Below the pieces are notes generated by a model, which worked only from the letters and a program-made list of their open reading frames with translations, made no database searches and was not told the origin of the DNA. The position numbers and the translations under genes are program-made. Below, piece after piece: positions 1-10,990 of a DNA stretch of 64,000 bases (position 1 is the stretch's first letter; every line of letters starts with the position of its first letter). The DNA comes from Eledone cirrhosa (Eukaryota), in contig OZ024758.1 in the NCBI GenBank assembly GCA_964016885.1, positions 35,092,001 through 35,156,000 on the forward strand. The letters run 5' to 3'.

Positions 1-339
1 GTCAGAAGTCACTCCAATGTTGGTGAGAATTCATTTAAGTTCATGGTATTAGCTGTCAGAAGTAACTCCACTGTTGGTGAGAATTCATTTAAGTTCATGG
101 TATTAGCTGTCAGAAGTAACTCCACTGTTGGTGAGCATTCATTTAAGTTCATGGTATTAGCTGTCAGAAGTAACTCCACTGTTGGTGAGAATTCATTTAA
201 GTTCATGGTATTAGCTGTCAGAAGGAACTCCAATGTTGGTGAGAATTCATTTAAGTCATGGTACTAGCTGTCAGAAGTAACTCCACTGTTGGTGAGAATT
301 CATTTAAGTTCATGGTATTAGCTGTCAGAAGGAACGCCA

Positions 340-3300
340 CTGTTGGTGAGAATTCATTTAAGTTCATGGTATTAGCTGTCAGAAGTAACTCCACTGTTGG
401 TGAGAATTCATTTAAGTTCATGGTACTAGCTGTCAGAAGTAACTCCAATGTTGGTGAGAATTCATTTAAGTTCATGGTATTAGCTGTCAGAAGGAACTCC
501 ACTGTTGGTGAGAATTCATTTAAGTTCATGGTATTAGCTGTCAGAAGTAACTCCACTGTTGGTGAGAATTCATTTAAGTTCATGGTACTAGTTGTCAGAA
601 GTAACTCCACTGTTGGTGAGAATACATTTAAGTTCATGGTATTAGTTGTCAGAAGTAACTCCACTGTTGGTGAGAATTCATTTAAGTCATGGTATTAGTT
701 GTCAGAAGTAACTCCAATGTTGGTGAGAATTCATTTTAGTCATGGTACTAGCTGTCAGAAGTAACTCCACTGTTGGTGAGAATTCATTTAAGTTCATGGT
801 ATTAGTTTGTCAGAAGTAACTCCACTGTTGGTGAGAATTCATTTAAGTCATGGTATTAGTTGTCAGAAGTAACTCCAATGTTGGTGAGAATTCATTTAAG
901 TCATGGTACTAGCTGTCAGAAGTAACTCCAATGTTGGTGAGAATTCATTTAAGTTCACGGTATTAGCTGTCAGAAGGAACTCCACTGTTGGTGAGAATTC
1001 ATTTAAGTTCATGGTATTAGCTGTCAGAAGTAACTCCACTGTTGGTGAGCATTCATTTAAGTTCATGGTATTAGCTGTCAGAAGTAACTCCACTGTTGGT
1101 GAGAATTCATTTAAGTTCATGGTATTAGCTGTCAGAAGGAACTCCAATGTTGGTGAGAATTCATTTAAGTCATGGTACTAGCTGTCAGAAGTAACTCCAC
1201 TGTTGGTGAGAATTCATTTAAGTTCATGGTATTAGCTGTCAGAAGGAACGCCACTGTTGGTGAGAATTCATTTAAGTTCATGGTATTAGCTGTCAGAAGT
1301 AACTCCACTGTTGGTGAGAATTCATTTAAGTTCATGGTACTAGCTGTCAGAAGTAACTCCACTGTTGGTGAGAATTCATTTAAGTTCATGGTATTAGCTG
1401 TCAGAAGTAACTCCACTGTTGGTGAGAATTCATTTAAGTTCATGGTACTAGCTGTCAGAAGTAACTCCAATGTTGGTGAGAATTCATTTAAGTTCATGGT
1501 ATTAGCTGTCAGAAGGAACTCCACTGTTGGTGAGAATTCATTTAAGTTCATGGTATTAGCTGTCAGAAGTAACTCCACTGTTGGTGAGAAGTCATTTAAG
1601 TTCATGGTACTAGTTGTCAGAAGTAACTCCACTGTTGGTGAGAATACATTTAAGTTCATGGTATTAGTTGTCAGAAGTAACTCCACTGTTGGTGAGAATT
1701 CATTTAAGTCATGGTATTAGTTGTCAGAAGTAACTCCAATGTTGGTGAGAATTCATTTAAGTTCATGGTACTAGCTGTCAGAAGTAACTCCACTGTTGGT
1801 GAGAATTCATTTAAGTTCATGGTATTAGCTGTCAGAAGTAACTCCACTGTTTGTGAGAATTCATTTAAGTCATGGTATTAGCTGTCAGAAGTAACTCCAT
1901 TGTTGGTGAGAATTCATTTAAGTCATGGTACTAGCTGTCAGAAGTAACTCCACTGTTGGTGAGAATTCATTTAAGTTCATGGTATTAGTTTGTCAGAAGT
2001 AACTCCACTGTTGGTGAGAATTCATTTAAGTCATGGTATTAGTTGTCAGAAGTAACTCCAATGTTGGTGAGAATTCATTTAAGTCATGGTACTAGCTGTC
2101 AGAAGTAACTCCAATGTTGGTGAGAATTCATTTAAGTTCACGGTATTAGCTGTCAGAAGGAACTCCACTGTTGGTGAGAATTCATTTAAGTTCATGGTAT
2201 TAGCTGTCAGAAGTAACTCCACTGTTGGTGAGAATTCATTTAAGTTCATGGTATTAGCTGTCAGAAGGAACGCCACTGTTGGTGAGAATTCATTTAAGTT
2301 CATGGTATTAGCTGTCAGAAGTAACTCCACTGTTGGTGAGAATTCATTTAAGTTCATGGTACTAGCTGTCAGAAGTAACTCCAATGTTGGTGAGAATTCA
2401 TTTAAGTTCATGGTATTAGCTGTCAGAAGGAACTCCACTGTTGGTGAGAATTCATTTAAGTCATGGTATTAGTTGTCAGAAGTAACTCCAATGTTGGTGA
2501 GAATTCATTTGAGTCATGGTACTAGCTGTCAGAAGTAACTCCAATGTTGGTGAGAATTCATTTAAGTTCACGGTATTAGCTGTCAGAAGGAACTCCACTG
2601 TTGGTGAGAATTCATTTAAGTTCATGGTATTAGCTGTCAGAAGTAACTCCACTGTTGGTGAGAATTCATTTAAGTTCATGGTACTAGCTGTCAGAAGTAA
2701 CTCCAATGTTGGTGAGAATTCATTTAAGTTCATGGTATTAGCTGTCAGAAGGAACTCCACTGTTGGTGAGAATTCATTTAAGTTCATGGTATTAGCTGTC
2801 AGAAGTAACTCCACTGTTGGTGAGAATTCATTTAAGTTCATGGTACTAGTTGTCAGAAGTAACTCCACTGTTGGTGAGAATACATTTAAGTTCATGGTAT
2901 TAGTTGTCAGAAGTAACTCCACTGTTGGTGAGAATTCATTTAAGTCATGGTATTAGTTGTCAGAAGTAACTCCAATGTTGGTGAGAATTCATTTTAGTCA
3001 TGGTACTAGCTGTCAGAAGTAACTCCACTGTTGGTGAGAATTCATTTAAGTTCATGGTATTAGTTTGTCAGAAGTAACTCCACTGTTGGTGAGAATTCAT
3101 TTAAGTCATGGTATTAGTTGTCAGAAGTAACTCCAATGTTGGTGAGAATTCATTTAAGTCATGGTACTAGCTGTCAGAAGTAACTCCAATGTTGGTGAGA
3201 ATTCATTTAAGTTCACGGTATTAGCTGTCAGAAGGAACTCCACTGTTGGTGAGAATTCATTTAAGTTCATGGTATTAGCTGTCAGAAGTAACTCCACTGT

Positions 3301-5050
3301 TGGTGAGCATTCATTTAAGTTCATGGTATTAGCTGTCAGAAGTAACTCCACTGTTGGTGAGAATTCATTTAAGTTCATGGTATTAGCTGTCAGAAGGAAC
3401 TCCAATGTTGGTGAGAATTCATTTAAGTCATGGTACTAGCTGTCAGAAGTAACTCCACTGTTGGTGAGAATTCATTTAAGTTCATGGTATTAGCTGTCAG
3501 AAGGAACGCCACTGTTGGTGAGAATTCATTTAAGTTCATGGTATTAGCTGTCAGAAGTAACTCCACTGTTGGTGAGAATTCATTTAAGTTCATGGTACTA
3601 GCTGTCAGAAGTAACTCCACTGTTGGTGAGAATTCATTTAAGTTCATGGTATTAGCTGTCAGAAGTAACTCCACTGTTGGTGAGAATTCATTTAAGTTCA
3701 TGGTACTAGCTGTCAGAAGTAACTCCAATGTTGGTGAGAATTCATTTAAGTTCATGGTATTAGCTGTCAGAAGGAACTCCACTGTTGGTGAGAATTCATT
3801 TAAGTTCATGGTATTAGCTGTCAGAAGTAACTCCACTGTTGGTGAGAAGTCATTTAAGTTCATGGTACTAGTTGTCAGAAGTAACTCCACTGTTGGTGAG
3901 AATACATTTAAGTTCATGGTATTAGTTGTCAGAAGTAACTCCACTGTTGGTGAGAATTCATTTAAGTCATGGTATTAGTTGTCAGAAGTAACTCCAATGT
4001 TGGTGAGAATTCATTTAAGTTCATGGTACTAGCTGTCAGAAGTAACTCCACTGTTGGTGAGAATTCATTTAAGTTCATGGTATTAGCTGTCAGAAGTAAC
4101 TCCACTGTTTGTGAGAATTCATTTAAGTCATGGTATTAGCTGTCAGAAGTAACTCCATTGTTGGTGAGAATTCATTTAAGTCATGGTACTAGCTGTCAGA
4201 AGTAACTCCACTGTTGGTGAGAATTCATTTAAGTTCATGGTATTAGTTTGTCAGAAGTAACTCCACTGTTGGTGAGAATTCATTTAAGTCATGGTATTAG
4301 TTGTCAGAAGTAACTCCAATGTTGGTGAGAATTCATTTAAGTCATGGTACTAGCTGTCAGAAGTAACTCCAATGTTGGTGAGAATTCATTTAAGTTCACG
4401 GTATTAGCTGTCAGAAGGAACTCCACTGTTGGTGAGAATTCATTTAAGTTCATGGTATTAGCTGTCAGAAGTAACTCCACTGTTGGTGAGAATTCATTTA
4501 AGTTCATGGTACTAGCTGTCAGAAGTAACTCCAATGTTGGTGAGAATTCATTTAAGTCATGGTACTAGCTGTCAGAAGTAACTCCACTGTTGGTGAGAAT
4601 TCATTTAAGTTCATGGTATTAGCTGTCAGAAGGAACGCCACTGTTGGTGAGAATTCATTTAAGTTCATGGTATTAGCTGTCAGAAGTAACTCCACTGTTG
4701 GTGAGAATTCATTTAAGTTCATGGTACTAGCTGTCAGAAGTAACTCCAATGTTGGTGAGAATTCATTTAAGTTCATGGTATTAGCTGTCAGAAGGAACTC
4801 CACTGTTGGTGAGAATTCATTTAAGTCATGGTATTAGTTGTCAGAAGTAACTCCAATGTTGGTGAGAATTCATTTGAGTCATGGTACTAGCTGTCAGAAG
4901 TAACTCCAATGTTGGTGAGAATTCATTTAAGTTCACGGTATTAGCTGTCAGAAGGAACTCCACTGTTGGTGAGAATTCATTTAAGTTCATGGTATTAGCT
5001 GTCAGAAGTAACTCCACTGTTGGTGAGAATTCATTTAAGTTCATGGTACT
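340..5050. repeat. 2,258-bp (42-monomer) tandem duplication; second copy 107 bp longer near its end
   Basis: Identical ORF translations at +2258 (896/3154, 1165/3423). Rare markers TTTTAGTC (~734/~2992) and GAGAAGTC (~1586/~3844) share that offset. The offset becomes 2365 for TTTGAGTC (2511/4876). Boundaries approximate. Confidence 0.85.
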
Positions 5051-6349
5051 AGCTGTCAGAAATAACTCCAATGTTGGTGAGAATTCATTTAAGTTCATGG
5101 TATTAGCTGTCAGAAGTAACTCCACTGTTGGTGAGAATTCATTTAAGTCATGGTTTTAGCTGTCAGAAGTAACTCCAATGTTGGTGAGAATTCATTTAAG
5201 TTCATGGTATTAGCTGTCAGAAGTAACTCCACTGTTGGTGAGAATTCATTTAAGTTCATGGTACTAGCTGTCAGAAGTAACCCCAATGTTGGTGAGAATT
5301 CATTTAAGTTCATGGTATTAGCTGTCAGAAGTCACTCCAATGTTGGTGAGAATTCATTTAAGTTCATGGTATTAGCTGTCAGAAGTAACTCCACTGTTGG
5401 TGAGAATTCATTTAAGTTCATGGTATTAGCTGTCAGAAGTAACTCCACTGTTGGTGAGCATTCATTTAAGTTCATGGTATTAGCTGTCAGAAGTAACTCC
5501 ACTGTTGGTGAGAATTCATTTAAGTTCATGGTATTAGCTGTCAGAAGGAACTCCAATGTTGGTGAGAATTCATTTAAGTCATGGTACTAGCTGTCAGAAG
5601 TAACTCCACTGTTGGTGAGAATTCATTTAAGTTCATGGTATTAGCTGTCAGAAGGAACGCCACTGTTGGTGAGAATTCATTTAAGTTCATGGTATTAGCT
5701 GTCAGAAGTAACTCCACTGTTGGTGAGAATTCATTTAAGTTCATGGTACTAGCTGTCAGAAGTAACTCCAATGTTGGTGAGAATTCATTTAAGTTCATGG
5801 TATTAGCTGTCAGAAGGAACTCCACTGTTGGTGAGAATTCATTTAAGTTCATGGTATTAGCTGTCAGAAGTAACTCCACTGTTGGTGAGAATTCATTTAA
5901 GTTCATGGTACTAGTTGTCAGAAGTAACTCCACTGTTGGTGAGAATACATTTAAGTTCATGGTATTAGTTGTCAGAAGTAACACCACTGTTGGTGAGAAT
6001 TCATTTAAGTCATGGTATTAGTTGTCAGAAGTAACTCCAATGTTGGTGAGAATTCATTTTAGTCATGGTACTAGCTGTCAGAAGTAACTCCACTGTTGGT
6101 GAGAATTCATTTAAGTTCATGGTATTAGTTTGTCAGAAGTAACTCCACTGTTGGTGAGAATTCATTTAAGTCATGGTATTAGTTGTCAGAAGTAACTCCA
6201 ATGTTGGTGAGAATTCATTTAAGTCATGGTACTAGCTGTCAGAAGTAACTCCAATGTTGGTGAGAATTCATTTAAGTTCACGGTATTAGCTGTCAGAAGG
6301 AACTCCACTGTTGGTGAGAATTCATTTAAGTTCATGGTATTAGCTGTCA

Positions 6350-9300
6350 GAAGTAACTCCACTGTTGGTGAGCATTCATTTAAGTTCATGGTATTAGCTG
6401 TCAGAAGTAACTCCACTGTTGGTGAGAATTCATTTAAGTTCATGGTATTAGCTGTCAGAAGGAACTCCAATGTTGGTGAGAATTCATTTAAGTCATGGTA
6501 CTAGCTGTCAGAAGTAACTCCACTGTTGGTGAGAATTCATTTAAGTTCATGGTATTAGCTGTCAGAAGGAACGCCACTGTTGGTGAGAATTCATTTAAGT
6601 TCATGGTATTAGCTGTCAGAAGTAACTCCACTGTTGGTGAGAATTCATTTAAGTTCATGGTACTAGCTGTCAGAAGTAACTCCAATGTTGGTGAGAATTC
6701 ATTTAAGTTCATGGTATTAGCTGTCAGAAGGAACTCCACTGTTGGTGAGAATTCATTTAAGTCCATGGTATTAGCTGTCAGAAGTAACTCCACTGTTGGT
6801 GAGAATTCATTTAAGTTCATGGTACTAGTTGTCAGAAGTAACTCCACTGTTGGTGAGAATACATTTAAGTTCATGGTATTAGTTGTCAGAGGTAACTCCA
6901 CTGTTGGTGAGAATTCATTTAAGTCATGGTATTAGTTGTCAGAAGTAACTCCAATGTTGGTGAGAATTCATTTAAGTTCATGGTACTAGCTGTCAGAAGT
7001 AACTCCACTGTTGGTGAGAATTCATTTAAGTTCATGGTATTAGCTGTCAGAAGTAACTCCACTGTTTGTGAGAATTCATTTAAGTCATGGTATTAGCTGT
7101 CAGAAGTAACTCCATTGTTGGTGAGAATTCATTTTAGTCATGGTACTAGCTGTCAGAAGTAACTCCACTGTTGGTGAGAATTCATTTAAGTTCATGGTAT
7201 TAGTTTGTCAGAAGTAACTCCACTGTTGGTGAGAATTCATTTAAGTCATGGTATTAGTTGTCAGAAGTAACTCCAATGTTGGTGAGAATTCATTTAAGTC
7301 ATGGTACTAGCTGTCAGAAGTAACTCCAATGTTGGTGAGAATTCATTTAAGTTCACGGTATTAGCTGTCAGAAGGAACTCCACTGTTGGTGAGAATTCAT
7401 TTAAGTTCATGGTATTAGCTGTCAGAAGTAACTCCACTGTTGGTGAGAATTCATTTAAGTTCATGGTACTAGCTGTCAGAAATAACTCCAATGTTGGTGA
7501 GAATTCATTTAAGTTCATGGTATTAGCTGTCAGAAGTAACTCCACTGTTGGTGAGAATTCATTTAAGTCATGGTTTTAGCTGTCAGAAGTAACTCCAATG
7601 TTGGTGAGAATTCATTTAAGTTCATGGTATTAGCTGTCAGAAGTAACTCCACTGTTGGTGAGAATTCATTTAAGTTCATGGTACTAGCTGTCAGAAGTAA
7701 CTCCACTGTTGGTGAGAATTCATTTAAGTTCATGGTATTAGTTTGTCAGAAGTAACACCACTGTTGGTGAGAATTCATTTAAGTTCATGGTATTAGCTGT
7801 CAGAAGGAACGCCACTGTTGGTGAGAATTCATTTAAGTTCATGGTATTAGCTGTCAGAAGTAACTCTACTGTTGGTGAGAATTCATTTAAGTTCATGGTA
7901 CTAGCTGTCAGAAGTAACTCCAATGTTGGTGAGAATTCATTTAAGTCATGGTACTAGCTGTCAGAAGTAACTCCACTGTTGGTGAGAATTCATTTAAGTT
8001 CATGGTATTAGCTGTCAGAAGGAACGCCACTGTTGGTGAGAATTCATTTAAGTTCATGGTATTAGCTGTCAGAAGTAACTCCACTGTTGGTGAGAATTCA
8101 TTTAAGTTCATGGTACTAGCTGTCAGAAGTAACTCCAATGTTGGTGAGAATTCATTTAAGTTCATGGTATTAGCTGTCAGAAGGAACTCCACTGTTGGTG
8201 AGAATTCATTTAAGTTCATGGTATTAGCTGTCAGAAGTAACTCCACTGTTGGTGAGAATTCATTTAAGTTCATGGTACTAGTTGTCAGAAGTAACTCCAC
8301 TGTTGGTGAGAATACATTTAAGTTCATGGTATTAGTTGTCAGAAGTAACTCCACTGTTGGTGAGAATTCATTTAAGTCATGGTATTAGTTGTCAGAAGTA
8401 ACTCCAATGTTGGTGAGAATTCATTTAAGTTCATGGTACTAGCTGTCAGAAGTAACTCCACTGTTGGTGAGAATTCATTTAAGTTCATGGTATTAGCTGT
8501 CAGAAGTAACTCCACTGTTTGTGAGAATTCATTTAAGTCATGGTATTAGCTGTCAGAAGTAACTCCATTGTTGGTGAGAATTCATTTAAGTCATGGTACT
8601 AGCTGTCAGAAGTAACTCCACTGTTGGTGAGAATTCATTTAAGTTCATGGTATTAGTTTGTCAGAAGTAACTCCACTGTTGGTGAGCATTCATTTAAGTT
8701 CATGGTATTAGCTGTCAGAAGTAACTCCACTGTTGGTGAGAATTCATTTAAGTTCATGGTATTAGCTGTCAGAAGGAACTCCAATGTTGGTGAGAATTCA
8801 TTTAAGTCATGGTACTAGCTGTCAGAAGTAACTCCACTGTTGGTGAGAATTCATTTAAGTTCATGGTATTAGCTGTCAGAAGGAACGCCACTGTTGGTGA
8901 GAATTCATTTAAGTTCATGGTATTAGCTGTCAGAAGTAACTCCACTGTTGGTGAGAATTCATTTAAGTTCATGGTACTAGCTGTCAGAAGTAACTCCAAT
9001 GTTGGTGAGAATTCATTTAAGTTCATGGTATTAGCTGTCAGAAGGAACTCCACTGTTGGTGAGAATTCATTTAAGTCCATGGTATTAGCTGTCAGAAGTA
9101 ACTCCACTGTTGGTGAGAATTCATTTAAGTTCATGGTACTAGTTGTCAGAAGTAACTCCACTGTTGGTGAGAATACATTTAAGTTCATGGTATTAGTTGT
9201 CAGAGGTAACTCCACTGTTGGTGAGAATTCATTTAAGTCATGGTATTAGTTGTCAGAAGTAACTCCAATGTTGGTGAGAATTCATTTAAGTTCATGGTAC

Positions 9301-10990
9301 TAGCTGTCAGAAGTAACTCCACTGTTGGTGAGAATTCATTTAAGTTCATGGTATTAGCTGTCAGAAGTAACTCCACTGTTTGTGAGAATTCATTTAAGTC
9401 ATGGTATTAGCTGTCAGAAGTAACTCCATTGTTGGTGAGAATTCATTTTAGTCATGGTACTAGCTGTCAGAAGTAACTCCACTGTTGGTGAGAATTCATT
9501 TAAGTTCATGGTATTAGTTTGTCAGAAGTAACTCCACTGTTGGTGAGAATTCATTTAAGTCATGGTATTAGTTGTCAGAAGTAACTCCAATGTTGGTGAG
9601 AATTCATTTAAGTCATGGTACTAGCTGTCAGAAGTAACTCCAATGTTGGTGAGAATTCATTTAAGTTCACGGTATTAGCTGTCAGAAGGAACTCCACTGT
9701 TGGTGAGAATTCATTTAAGTTCATGGTATTAGCTGTCAGAAGTAACTCCACTGTTGGTGAGAATTCATTTAAGTTCATGGTACTAGCTGTCAGAAATAAC
9801 TCCAATGTTGGTGAGAATTCATTTAAGTTCATGGTATTAGCTGTCAGAAGTAACTCCACTGTTGGTGAGAATTCATTTAAGTCATGGTTTTAGCTGTCAG
9901 AAGTAACTCCAATGTTGGTGAGAATTCATTTAAGTTCATGGTATTAGCTGTCAGAAGTAACTCCACTGTTGGTGAGAATTCATTTAAGTTCATGGTACTA
10001 GCTGTCAGAAGTAACTCCACTGTTGGTGAGAATTCATTTAAGTTCATGGTATTAGTTTGTCAGAAGTAACACCACTGTTGGTGAGAATTCATTTAAGTTC
10101 ATGGTATTAGCTGTCAGAAGGAACGCCACTGTTGGTGAGAATTCATTTAAGTTCATGGTATTAGCTGTCAGAAGTAACTCTACTGTTGGTGAGAATTCAT
10201 TTAAGTTCATGGTACTAGCTGTCAGAAGTAACTCCAATGTTGGTGAGAATTCATTTAAGTCATGGTACTAGCTGTCAGAAGTAACTCCACTGTTGGTGAG
10301 AATTCATTTAAGTTCATGGTATTAGCTGTCAGAAGGAACGCCACTGTTGGTGAGAATTCATTTAAGTTCATGGTATTAGCTGTCAGAAGTAACTCCACTG
10401 TTGGTGAGAATTCATTTAAGTTCATGGTACTAGCTGTCAGAAGTAACTCCAATGTTGGTGAGAATTCATTTAAGTTCATGGTATTAGCTGTCAGAAGGAA
10501 CTCCACTGTTGGTGAGAATTCATTTAAGTTCATGGTATTAGCTGTCAGAAGTAACTCCACTGTTGGTGAGAATTCATTTAAGTTCATGGTACTAGTTGTC
10601 AGAAGTAACTCCACTGTTGGTGAGAATACATTTAAGTTCATGGTATTAGTTGTCAGAAGTAACTCCACTGTTGGTGAGAATTCATTTAAGTCATGGTATT
10701 AGTTGTCAGAAGTAACTCCAATGTTGGTGAGAATTCATTTAAGTTCATGGTACTAGCTGTCAGAAGTAACTCCACTGTTGGTGAGAATTCATTTAAGTTC
10801 ATGGTATTAGCTGTCAGAAGTAACTCCACTGTTTGTGAGAATTCATTTAAGTCATGGTATTAGCTGTCAGAAGTAACTCCATTGTTGGTGAGAATTCATT
10901 TAAGTCATGGTACTAGCTGTCAGAAGTAACTCCACTGTTGGTGAGAATTCATTTAAGTTCATGGTATTAGTTTGTCAGAAGTAACTCCAC
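6350..10990. repeat. 2,314-bp (43-monomer) tandem duplication
   Basis: ORFs 6488/8802, 7294/9608 and 7941/10255 are identical at +2314. Rare markers GTCCATGG (~6761/~9075), AACACCACT (~7754/~10068), CTCTACT (~7864/~10178) and GAGCATTC (C at 6373/8687) share the offset. Confidence 0.92.

Noticed and set aside
60-92. Hairpin, terminator or structured ncRNA from the CCA-N4-TGG dyad and GAATTC palindrome
   Set aside because: Stems are only 3-4 bp, with no U-tract terminator geometry and no compensatory covariation among variants.
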